Shown here in pieces: positions 39,781-51,968 of a stretch of DNA of 64,000 nt (positions are counted from its first letter, which is position 1; the number at the start of each line of letters is the position of its first letter). Where the stretch lies: assembly GCA_951406725.2 (NCBI GenBank), contig OX597830.1, forward strand, positions 29,698,001 to 29,762,000, given 5' to 3'. The position numbers and the translations under genes are program-made. This stretch comes from Octopus vulgaris. Taxonomy: Eukaryota. Below the pieces are notes generated by a model. The model was given only the letters and a program-made list of their open reading frames with translations, did not search any database and was not told the DNA's origin.

Positions 39781-40132
39781 TGGAGGCCCAATGGCCCAGT
39801 GGTTAGCGCAACGGACTCGCGATCGTAGGATCGTGGTTTCGTTTCCCACACCGGTCGTTGTGAGTTTTCATTGAACGAAAACACCTAAAGCTCCAGGAGA
39901 CTCCGGCAGGGGAAGGTGGCGAATTCTGTTTTACTCTTTCACCACGACTTTCTCTCACTCTTTGTTTCTGTTGTACCTGTATTTCAAAGGGGCCAGCCTT
40001 GTTACACGCTGGGTCACGCTGAATATCCCCGGGAACTACGTTAAGGGTCCACGTGTCTGTGGAGTGCTCAGCCACTTGCACAGTTGATCGGATTAACTGG
40101 AACCCTCGTCGTCGTAACCGACGGAGTGCCAT
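39781..40132 (+). mobile_element. SINE (head C + tail X)
   Basis: Head GGAGGCCCAATGGCCCAGTGGTTAG..GGTTTCGTTTCCC matches 41933. The tail matches the reverse complement of 27041-27220. Confidence 0.88.
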
Positions 40133-40207
40133 GATATGTGTGTATAAGTTTGTGCATATGTATGGATGCATATTTGTATGTATGTTTATTGTTGATTGTT
40201 TGCTCAT

Positions 40208-40270
<63 letters not shown>

Positions 40271-40530
40271 CCCTGGATGAGTGATAAGATATTCAACAAA
40301 AATGCATCATTGTGGTATTATGTTACAAATCAGCAAAGTCCAAAAATATTTCCTGCAACATTTTAATTAACATTCGAAGACATATCCAAGATGCAAGGCT
40401 CTCAAATGAATGTCAATAATAAGAGTTTTACACATTCACACATTGTTATCCATTTTTCGAAAGAATCGTTCATTTATTTCCATGTATTCAACATTTGAAG
40501 GATATTTCGCATAAGAGACTATGTCAACTG

Positions 40531-40868
40531 ATTCTGTTGTGTCTGGGGAGAGTCATTTTCTTTTTGTGCCTTATAATGTAACACACTCACCGGTAAAATT
40601 TCCTCTTATTTCTTATTTTTATTTTCCTTAAATTTTCGTTGCGTCTTGCAACCTTTTCAATAGTCAAGACTATTGCAAAGGTTACAAGATGCAACGAAAA
40701 TTTTAGGAAAATAAAAAGATATAAGTGGAAATTTTTACCGGTGAGTGTGTTACATTATAAGGCACAAAAAGAAAATGACTCTCCCCAGACACAACAGAAT
40801 ATGCTTCAACACACGAACTCATATAAGGAATCTTGCAAACCAAATCTAAAAATGAAATATACTAAGCT
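40531..40868 (+). mobile_element. Large fold-back insertion with 15-bp TSD (Penelope-like, inferred)
   Basis: Arms 40531-40665 / 40668-40800 with a 2-nt loop, then a tail. TCAACTGATTCTGTT at 40524-40538 and 40869-40883. Confidence 0.8.
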
Positions 40869-41023
40869 TCAACTGATTCTGTTATGCATTTAAATATCAC
40901 TATAAGTGAGAATAAATATCATCTCTCAGTACCAACACTGATTCTGTCAATATACATATATATTTAACAAAGTAATTATATTATCAATTTACCAACAAAT
41001 GTATAAGAGAAAGTAAACTAACA

Positions 41024-41460
41024 GGCGCAGGAGTGGCTGTGTGGTAATAGGTGCAGGAGTGGTTGTGTGGTAAGTAGCTTGCTAACGAACCATATGGTTC
41101 CGGGTTCAGTCCCACTGCGTGGAACCTTGGGCAAGTGTCTTCTGCTATATCCCCAGGCCGACCAATGCCTTGTGAGTGGATTTGGTAGACGGAAACTGAA
41201 AGAAGCCTGTCGTATATATGTATATATATATTATAAGTGTGTGTGTATATGTTTGTGTGTCTGCGTTTGTCTCACTAGCATTGCTTGACAACCGATGCTG
41301 GTGTGTTTACGTCCCCGTCACTTAGCGGTTAGGCAAAATAGATAGAATAAGTACTGGGCTTACAAAGAATAAGTCCCGGGGTCGAGTTGCTCGACTAAAG
41401 GCGGTGCTCCAGCATGGCCGCAGTCAAATGACTGAAACAAGTAAAAGAGTAAAAGAGTAA
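41024..41460 (+). mobile_element. SINE family A, best-preserved copy, duplicated 5' end
   Basis: A box TGGCTGTGTGG present twice (26-bp tandem), B-box-like GGGTTCAGTCCC, (GTAAAAGA)n tail, TAACAGG on both flanks. Confidence 0.93.
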
Positions 41461-41930
41461 CAGGTCAAAAAATTATGAATTTCAGGCTATTTTCATATAA
41501 GATAGATCGAGTCTCTGTCTTCTTTCTTTGATATTATTAAATAATTTTTCTCATGTGTTTATGAAAGCAGAAAATGGAATATCATATCAGCAGCAAATTT
41601 ACCGAAAAAGAAGAAACATAAAATAATTATATTTCTTACTCTTTTATTTCAAGGTCTGATGAAAAAATCAGTGTCGTAATATTAATAGAAAATATCACTA
41701 TAAATAACCATACGTGTATATCCGTATGCTTTCCCCAGTTCCTGAATACTAAAACAAATAAACTGTTCTCTCTGCTTTAGATAAATAAATCCAGTTGAAA
41801 TCTACCACCAAAACGTAAGTAGCAATATACGCCATACAGAAAGTGATATACTGTGAGTCATAATTAAGAAAGTCATGCTTGTGACATAGTTTTTAAATTT
41901 TCGAACTATAGCTTTCTATTATGATATTGT

Positions 41931-42238
41931 GTGGAGGCGCAATGGCTCAGTGGTTAGAGCAGCGGACTCGCGGTCGGAGGATCGCGGTTCGATTCCCAGA
42001 CCGGCCGTTGTGTGTGTTTATTGAGCGAAAACACCTTAAAAAAAGCTCCACGAGGCTCCAGCAGGGTGTGGTGATCCCTGCTGTACTCTTTCACCACTCT
42101 TTCTCTCACTCTTTCTTCTGTTGGCCTGCTCGCTTAGCCAGCGGGGTGGCGTCGTTCGACGGCTAAAACAATGCGAACGCATTGTGACCAGCGATGTGTA
42201 GCAACATCTGATAGCCTGGTCGGTCACGTGATCACGTG
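41931..42238 (+). mobile_element. SINE (head C + tail Y) with 13-bp TSD
   Basis: A box TGGCTCAGTGG, B box GTTCGATTCCC, tail ending (TCACGTGA)2. ATTATGATATTGT at 41918-41930 and 42239-42251. Confidence 0.92.
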
Positions 42239-42260
42239 ATTATGATATTGTATTAAACAG

Positions 42261-42642
42261 AGGCGCAAGAGTAGCTGTACGTAAGAAGCTTGCTTCCCAA
42301 TCACATGATTCCAGGTTCAGTTCCACAATGTGACACCTTGACCAAGTGTGTTTTGATATAGCCACGGGCCGACAAGAGCCCTGTGAGTTGATTTGGTCGG
42401 CGGAAACTGAAAGAAGCCCGCGGAGTATACACACATACGCAGCAACAAATATATATGTATTTGTGCTTGTCCCTCCCACGAACGTTTGATGTGTTTATGT
42501 TCCCGCAACTTAGAGGTTCGGCAACGTGAACTCATAGAATAAATATGAAGCTTACAAGGAATAAGTTCTGGGGTCGATTTGTCCGACTAAAGGCAGTGAC
42601 GAGCATGACTGCAACCAAATGACTGAAACAAGTTAAAGAATA
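42261..42642 (+). mobile_element. SINE family A, diverged
   Basis: Collinear with 41024-41460. Confidence 0.85.
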
Positions 42643-42912
42643 AACGTTTAGCGTATCTTTGTCTTTGGATTGCAACCGTTATGGGGTACCATCTCGAAAA
42701 GTTTGTTTGATCAAATTGACTCGCATTCTCATTTTTAAAAGACTGCTATTTATATCAGTGACAATTACTGAGCAACTAGGTTACTGGAGCAATGACTGTC
42801 AAACGATAAAGGGTCAAGGAAAGAGACATGCAACCACATACGCATTTACGATGTCGATGAATGCATACACGCACACACACACACTAACACACACACACAC
42901 ATATATATATAT

Positions 42913-42974
<62 letters not shown>

Positions 42975-43061
42975 ATAGATTGATGGATAGATAGACAGGT
43001 AAAAAATAGACTGGTAGATAAATAAATAGGTAGATAAACAGATATAGACAGACAGACAGAT

Positions 43062-43062
43062 G

Positions 43063-43149
<87 letters not shown>
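43062..43149. repeat. (GATA)n microsatellite
   Basis: Directly visible. Confidence 0.97.
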
Positions 43150-43306
43150 GAAAGGCTTCCACAAAATTTTTCTGTACCGAATTTACTCACAAATGTCGAC
43201 CCTGGGTTCTGTCTAGATGGCACTTGCTTAAATGCCGTTGTTCCGACGCTAACTTCTCAACTATTTACCCATTACTGTACCTATACTGAAATAGTTTTGC
43301 GAAATA

Positions 43307-43520
43307 AGGCGGCGAGTTGGTAGAACTGTTAACCCGTCGGGCAAGATGCTCAGTGGCATTTCGCAGTCTTTGTGTTTTGAGCTCAAATTCCGTCGAGGTT
43401 CACTTTGCCTTTCCTCCTTTCGGAGTCGACAAAATAAGTACCAATTGGGCACTCGGGTCGATGTTATCCACTTAAATGCTTCCCCGAAATTCTTGGCCAT
43501 ATACCAAAATGTCAGAAGAA
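43307..43520 (+). mobile_element. SINE family B, diverged
   Basis: GGCGGCGAGTTGGTAGAA..CAAATTCCGTCGAGGTTCACTTTGCCTTTCCTCCTTTCGGAGTCGACAAAATAAGTACCA. Confidence 0.82.
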
Positions 43521-44620
43521 GATAGTATTGCGAAATATTAGCTCACACTGTACATTCACTGAGAATTATATCAGATGATGGATGCTTCTTTGCCAACGCT
43601 ATATAGAACAAATTGCTTATATATGTATATATGGCTGGTCACTTAGTTTCAGTTGCATACAGTAAAAGCTTTCTCGTTCTCATATGAATCCTGAATTTAT
43701 TTTTGAAAAATGACAAAGCTAAAATACTATAGCAATTGAGCATGCAGACTGTCCACAGGATTAAACATAATAAGCATGACAGCAATTTCTAAGGGAAAAC
43801 TGAGGATAATGTGCTCGGAATTTGACATGCTACTATCCTGTAATTATGGTATTGTAGAGAAAAGAGCAAAAATTTTGTGAAAGTATACTGGTATAGACAC
43901 TGGAGTAAATAGTGCATATGCGTTTCTGAAATATATCCAGCACAGCATTTGAAATTATATTATATAATTCGTAAGATATAATTCGTTAGATATTCGTAAG
44001 ATATAAAATATCGTAAGATATAAAAGAATAACTTTCAGGTTAAGTATATACTGGTTTCAGAAAGAGGAATACTGGGCTCTCAGTGTGTTTGAACCTTTGC
44101 AATAAAGCATTTGTTAATTTTCAATGTGACTTTTCTGATTTACATAATGTTCTTAAAACTCATACACACACACATACATACATACGTGCATACATACATA
44201 CATGAATACATACATACATACATACATACATACATACATCCATCCATCCATACATTCATGCATACACACATACATACATACATACATACAAGAAATGCTA
44301 AGCGTGTCTCTCAAATAATGGCAGGCATATTTTCGATATTTTTGCTGCAAAGACGTTTCAAGAGTGATGTATATATGTATGTATGTTTGCATGTATAGAT
44401 GCATGTATTTATGTACATAGACACACATAGACACACACATATATATATACACGCACACACACACATATATACATATAAATATATTAGGTATGTGTATATG
44501 TACATACATATATATATATACATACATGTAAGTATATATATATATATACAGACACACACACATATACTTACATACTTTCATACATACATACATATATCAG
44601 AAAACATAAACATATACACT

Positions 44621-44717
<97 letters not shown>

Positions 44718-46008
44718 ATCTACGTGTGCGTATGTGTGTTTATTCTTGTCTTTGTCACAGTTCGTGTAATGTATCAAACAGTACCTAGAAACTGTATTTT
44801 GTTGCTAAACCACACCATAAACTACTCAAGTTGGACTTGAATATATCTACCTGACAGAATTTTCTCCACAGTGTCGAAACCAATGTTCCGATGAGAACTG
44901 GTAAAATTTTCACTTTTGTCTATACCTCAGGATTTCATTATATTCACACCTCCACTCCTAAATCTGCATATTTCGGAATTGTTCTCCTATAAGTAGTATA
45001 TAATGATTTCTTCTTCAGGAATTATATAATTTATGAATCACTCTCATTTTGTGTCACGTGTAATGGACAGAGTATTAAGTTGTTCTGTCTGAATGTCAGC
45101 GTGCCAAAATGTTTTTTGCTTATCTTGTTCATTTTAAGATTTTTACTATTACAAACATCCAAAACATATCACAAGTATTTTATCCATATTTGGACAAAGT
45201 GCAAATGAAAGAAAACTTATGCTGACGTCATTTTTATTCTTTCTCTGCTAACATTTTGCAGCCTACCACAGTATAATCTATATTGTCTACTTGCTGATTA
45301 CAAGGAAAACATTTATTCTTTGCAGTGGCGAAATAAATACCCTTCCTCAGTGAACAAGAAATTAATCTTAAGCAGCCAATTGCAAACACTTGGTTTGTCT
45401 CCTGAAAACACAATCTTGGAGCCACGCACATAACCAGTTATTGTATGCCTTGTTCATAAAACATTAATGGGTGTGATTTGAGGTTAAAGTTGGACTGCTA
45501 TTTCTAGCATCTCAAATACTCACCTAGATTCTCCCATAGAGCCGGATACTTAAATGTAAATAAGTTCGGCAATACGTATTAAGAAATAGTGAATTAATAA
45601 TAGATAAGAAAGTGAAAAACTATAAAGAGAATGACTTTACATTGTTTTTGCTTTGTTTATTCATAAACTTTGCTAGAATGAACATGGCTTCCGATAAAAG
45701 CTAAACAAGAATCTCGTCTTAACCTTAACCTCATCTTACACATAACGAAAATATGAACAGCAGGACCCCAGCGGTGAACAAACAATAGAATATATTGGAA
45801 AATATATTTCCAAAATTAGCAACAAATTTGATCTCAAATGCATGAATACTGTTATACTGATGATGACGATGATTATTGTGCCACCGCTCTTTCCACAATC
45901 TCTTAAGTTCTGAGTGCTTCTTTATTATACATACATCGCGCACACACACACACTTACCGAGAACATAGAGGTGCATATACACGTACGTGTTTATGTATAT
46001 ACATGTAT

Positions 46009-46041
<33 letters not shown>

Positions 46042-47289
46042 GATATATATATATTGCTTGAATATACGTGTACTGCATGATATATTTCTATAGTTTTTTA
46101 GACTCTATTATTGTTTTGTATTCAAACTAGTATATATCATTCTGATATTTGTATTATTTGTCCTAAGACTAATAAAGAATATTCATTTTCTTTCTCTGCC
46201 TTCTCCTTGCCATTATTATTAGTATTATTAATATTATCCTTATTCTTCTTATTATTTAGCATTATTATTTATTATTAATGTATAATATGTATGTGAATAA
46301 TAATTCTGAAGCCGGGTCAGATGATTGGTTGTCTTTAAAAAGAGACTCACCTCAGAAAGAACAATTGAATCAATAAATAAATAGATTTTCTTTATATGGA
46401 CGTTTTATTTCTAGAATATCATTAAAATATATGAAGCTAAGTTCTAGAGGTTCATGACATCATAACAAAACCTTCCTAACAATAGAATGTCCGATCTCTT
46501 ATTTGGATAGAAAAATTATTTCTTATTGTCCATCTTGATAGTTTTGCTCGAAAATTCCAAGGTAAACGGGATATAATAAATAAAATTATCCTTCTTGTTG
46601 CATTACTGAACTTTCTCTATGCTATGTATTAGAAAGCTGTGTATTTATATTAGACATTATAAATACAAATTTGCAAACTGTATTTATTTTATGTCTGATA
46701 CCGGTGCTAATAATGACAAATGTTGAGTATCGAAGCGATTAATTCATTCATAAGTTATTTATATATTTGCCAAAAATGCTCTTTTCCCGATGATACTTTG
46801 ATTAATTTCTTGATTGTGAAAACATTCATTAATAAATTTGTCACTTGGGAAAATTGTTAATCAATGTTCTACAGTCTGACTTCGACAGCGTATACTGTGT
46901 TGAGAAAATGTCTTGTGTGTAATTATGAATCAAAGTAGAATGGTTTGCAGTCACTGAAGTGTTACATTCCATCTTTGACTGAAACACGAAACAACATGCA
47001 ACGTAGATGTATTGCAGCGGTTTGCGTCATATGAAACACCATAACGTGGCATTGTTTACCACGGGCTCTGCAACTAAGATGAGGACCGATAATGACTAGG
47101 TCGGTGTGTTAGCAGTGCCAACTCTTCGAGTCACACACTACGAGCCAACGATCTGGTCGAATATACCTAAGTAACAACACAGACATTGACGATGATGACG
47201 ACGACGACGACGACGACAACGACGATGACAGCAGCAACATAAGCAAAAACAATTACAAAAAGCAGCATCAACAACAACGAGAATAATGA

Positions 47290-47430
47290 TCCTTTTTTAC
47301 TATAGGCACAAGTAGTAAAAATTTGTCAGAAGGACTCGATTACTAAACTGACCCCAGTGCTCACCTGGAACTTAATTTGTCGACTCTGAAGGGATGAAAT
47401 GTGAAGCCGACATTGGTGGAACGTAAATAT
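47290..47430 (-). mobile_element. SINE family B, 3' part, old
   Basis: TACTATAGGCACAAG..GACCCCAGTGCTCACCTGGAACTTAATTTGTCGACTCTGAAGGGATGAAA. Confidence 0.65.
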
Positions 47431-48064
47431 AGTCAGGCGTCTCTCTCAGACATAATAATATTATATAGACGCTAAGACCAGTTTCCTTTAATTTTGAACA
47501 GGCACAATTCATTGTTGTGGTTGTATAGATAAAATCCATCAGGAAAGGATTGCATATTGTTGCTATTATGATAAACTGACGTATTTCCAAATTTGGTCAA
47601 ACACGGTTTTATTTTTCAATATTTATTTTTACTTGCAATAGCCGGTTCTTTTGGTCAAGATATCGTATCTCCAGCTACTTCAGATACCAAGATATCAAAA
47701 ATTGTCAAAGTGTAGTACAAGGGTTTTGCTATGGAATGATGAACCTATTTTATTTTCTGAAAAAAAGCAACGTTTTGGACTTACGACACTTTTTCATGAC
47801 AGTAATGATATATATTGAAAGTTTTACGACCTTCAGAGAGTTTCGTGTTGAGATAAGACATGCAAGCAGCTAGATTTCTTAAAGCCACGTATATAACTGT
47901 AAAAGTTGAATAACACAAGAACAATATACCAATAATTTATAAATATTTAGGAAGGATTTTTAACTACGTACTTTAAAAAACGACCTATTGCAAAAACGAA
48001 AGACCCTTTTGTAGAAATATTCCAGCGCATTAACTGTTGCATTTAACGTGCATTTTAACACACA

Positions 48065-48115
<51 letters not shown>

Positions 48116-48135
48116 ACACACACATACACTCACAC

Positions 48136-48172
<37 letters not shown>

Positions 48173-48220
48173 TATACATACACATATAAACGCACACACG
48201 CACACACACATACACACACG

Positions 48221-48300
<80 letters not shown>

Positions 48301-48301
<1 letters not shown>

Positions 48302-48510
48302 CTCAAACGATTTTTTGCGTAATAAGATAAAAAACCAAGGCTGTCTAGATATTAGAGCATTTATAGATTGAAGATCTTACAGCTGTTTCTAGGATATTTA
48401 TTAATTATATCCCTTTATCGGAGACGGTGTGAGAGGATAGTTAAGTCAAAGTTAGTTTAGATGTGATACAAAATAGAGAGTGAGGTGGAGGAAAGAAATT
48501 AGATGCAAAT
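48301..48510 (-). mobile_element. Penelope-like pLTR-type fragment with a degenerate type-I hammerhead
   Basis: Minus strand: TCT-CCGATAA-AGGGATAT..ATATCCTA-GAAAC-AGCT-GTA-AGA (~48374-48426). Abuts (TA)n. Confidence 0.55.
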
Positions 48511-49288
48511 GCATATAACCTCATCCCTGCATCTCTCCATACCACCACGCTATAAATCTAGCACGATAGGATTTCGTGTATAGCACAAAATAGTTACGAT
48601 GTCTCTTCTGGTGTATGTTTCTGCTTACAGTCCTGGTAATTTTTCCCAAAATATTCACCACCTGCAAAATATCACGTTTTCTAAAACATAAATTAATGAG
48701 CAGTAGCCCTCTTTCGAAATGAAATGAATCCGTTACTTAAATCTACCTACGTTTAATTATCCGACTATGCAAGTTATATCGTTTCTTGTAAAGATCATGT
48801 CTAGCTGCTCGAATGATGCAAACAACGTAGCAAATTTTTATCAGAATCATACCAGAATGAAATATAGAGAAATATGATGACTATTGTCTAAAATCCCGTA
48901 TTTGCGTATAGTAATGATTAGATTTCCTAAAGTTGGCATTTTGTTTTTATAATCTCAGGGACAGCTTGTTTGCACCTACCAGGGATCACGACAACGCAGA
49001 GGGTGGTTCAAAATAATTGTTCCCCCAATTTGACAGCTATGTTATACGTATAGCTATGAATCAGAATCGAGATTTATCGATATGCTTCAGTTTAACGACA
49101 ATAGAAATGAATGAATGCAGAAATCTATTCTAGACGGATTTGAAATCAGAACATTAACATCGAAGTTAACACCGTAGATATGTCTCCAATGCTATAGCGC
49201 TAAACAAGGCAATGTCTTCGTTATTGCATGATAGCAGATATACGTATATCTGTGTGTGTGTGTATGTGTGTATGTGTGTATATATTTA

Positions 49289-49347
<59 letters not shown>

Positions 49348-49710
49348 ATGTGTGTGTGTGTGTGTGTATATGTATGTGTATATATATATATGTATATATA
49401 TATATATACGATATACAGCTTTAAAAAATTTTATCAGTAGCCAGTATATAAAAAATAGATCAATTAAGGTGAAATCATATGCATAATTTCTAGCTTATAT
49501 GCTGAAAAAAGAAGCTAAATCGTCTGTAAAACTCATTTTATAAAGCAATTCGCAGCAGGAGATTATCTTTTAAAGAACATTTCTACATTCAGTAGTAGTT
49601 TCTTGAGGCGTAAGGTTGGGGATTTTTTCGCATGGAAGTACAATAAACTGAAAAAGATTTTTATATATTTCACGTTAGGCAACCAGGGTTTCTGGTTATG
49701 CAAGTAAGAG

Positions 49711-49867
49711 TACAAGAATTTAGGAATAGAGTAGATAACATCCGGACTACGTATGTTTCATAGCGCGAGGAACCTCGGAAGGGGTAAATATCCAAGCGAG
49801 GTGTATACCGCTGGCTATGAAGCATATGTAACACGGATGTTAACTACTCCATTCCTCAAGTCCTGTA
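49711..49867. repeat. Imperfect fold-back (~54-bp arms) carrying the 3' half of a hammerhead-like motif
   Basis: 49711-49764 is the inverted copy of 49814-49867. The arms read GCTATGAAACATACGTA and GCTATGAAGCATATGTA. Confidence 0.65.
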
Positions 49868-49956
49868 TATATACATATATATATATGTATATACACACTT
49901 ACATATACACACGCACATATATATATATATGTATATATACACTTACATACACACAC

Positions 49957-49991
<35 letters not shown>

Positions 49992-50149
49992 CATATATAC
50001 ATATATATACATTTATATATATATGTATATATATATAAGCACCCACAGACGTATCTAAGGACGACAAGAGACTGACTCGACAAATATATATACATAAATA
50101 TTTTTAGAACTTCTGTGCATACTTATGTATATGTATGCATGTATATATG

Positions 50150-50207
<58 letters not shown>

Positions 50208-50264
50208 TTTATATATATATATACATACATATATCTATTTATATATATATGTATGTATATACAC

Positions 50265-50460
50265 ACCGTGTGTACCGTTGGCGATTTTTTTCCTCTCTCT
50301 TCCCTTCTCTGGATCTTTCCTTCTCCTATATTTCCGACGAAGAGCTCCGCTCGAAACGTTAAACCCTTCTTCTTTCCTTCTTTCCTGAGCGTCCAATAAT
50401 ACTACATTTGTTCCACGTCCTCGCGTTGTTGTGTTTTTTTGTGTTTTCTTGTTTGGATTA

Positions 50461-50465
<5 letters not shown>
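50265..50465 (+). mobile_element. Short element with a minimal hammerhead-like motif
   Basis: TTT-CCGACGA-A-GAG-CTCCG-CTC-GAAAC-GTT-AAA at 50331-50363. Lies between microsatellite tracts. Confidence 0.55.
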
Positions 50466-50513
<48 letters not shown>

Positions 50514-50850
50514 AAAGGACGCAAAACCAAAACAATACATAATTTTCAAAGCATATGATTCATGCGTTTCATGTTTTGCGTGGTGTTGAATTGTATTAAC
50601 TGACGAAGATCTTTCGTAAGGGATGTCTTTTCTATTATATATTACACAATGATATGAAACCTATGTACAGAGTGCCTTCAAAAAAGCATTTTATCGTTTG
50701 ACTTCATTACTATAATGCATACGACTAAATGCCAGTATAAGCTACTCTGTCCTGACTCCACTTATGCGGATAATCAAACTAGTAATTGGAGTAGTCCGTT
50801 ATCCTTGTCTCACGTCGAAAATTCTGGTATCGTGTATTGAGTCCATGCAT

Positions 50851-50942
<92 letters not shown>

Positions 50943-50945
<3 letters not shown>

Positions 50946-51222
50946 GGGGTTTTTTTGGCAACAAGTTGCTTAAACCATATACCGAAAATATTAGAAATAG
51001 CAGCCACAGGACTACTATTTGCTTTTACTACAAAAATAAATCTCCACTAGTCCTTTGGCTGCTATTTCTAATATTTTCGGTATGTGGTTTAAGCAATTTA
51101 TTGCAAAAAACCCTTATTATTATAATTATATAAATTTTTACCGAATATGGTCCTTTTCCATACCGAAATACTACTAGGTGAAATTTGTTGATTTTATGAA
51201 ATTAATCATATTTCACCCTTTA

Positions 51223-51225
<3 letters not shown>
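50943..51225 (+). mobile_element. Fold-back element (~50-bp arms) with extension; homologue of 905-1097
   Basis: AAGTTGCTTAAACCATATACCGAAAATATTAGAAATAGCAGCCACAGGACTA is inverted at ~51048-51099. (TA)n on both sides. Confidence 0.7.
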
Positions 51226-51261
<36 letters not shown>

Positions 51262-51269
<8 letters not shown>

Positions 51270-51592
51270 GAATGAAAGAATGGAGTCGAACGACGATTTA
51301 ACAAAATTCCTTTATTCTCGACATATGTTTCGAAGACTGCATATTCTTAAGTCCGAAGGAATAAAGGGCGCATTATGCCGCCTTCTCATTAGAAAAGACA
51401 AGGAACTGATGAGAAGGCGGCATAATGCACCCTTTATTCCTTCGAAACTAAGAATATGCAGTCTTCGAAACATATGTCGAGAATAAAGGAATTTTGTTAA
51501 ATCGTCGTTCGACTCTATTCTTTCATTTATTTATAGTAAAAAAAAACACACAATTCGGTTAACCGAATTATCCATACTAGGATAATTCATTC

Positions 51593-51597
<5 letters not shown>
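51262..51597. mobile_element. Fold-back element with two inverted hammerhead ribozyme copies
   Basis: Arms 51262-51392 / 51406-51535. CTGATGA at 51406-51412 and GAAAC-ATAT-GTC at 51467-51478. (TA)n on both sides. Confidence 0.8.
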
Positions 51598-51639
<42 letters not shown>

Positions 51640-51968
51640 ATTAATCACAGGTCATAATAAGTATGTCTACCTGCTGGAAATAACAGTCAAGAGTCTTATC
51701 TAAATCTATTTAAATCGCCAAAATACACTGTGAACATCTACAGAAATCAACCGTACATTTAAGTATTTGGACACACGTACATATATTCTTTCATTCTTTT
51801 ACTTGTTTCTGTCCTCTGACTGCGGTCATGCTGGAGCCGAGGATTACTTTGCCTTTCATCCGTACGGGGTCGATAAAATAAATTCCACTTGGACATTTGA
51901 GTCGATGTAGTCGATCTACCCCCGTACTCTTTCACTATGCCAAGTTTTAAAGCCTATATATATATATA

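Noticed and set aside
41933-42005. tRNA gene
   Set aside because: A and B boxes are present but there is no acceptor stem; it continues into a SINE body with a TSD. The same applies to 27290-27359, 39781 and 61583.
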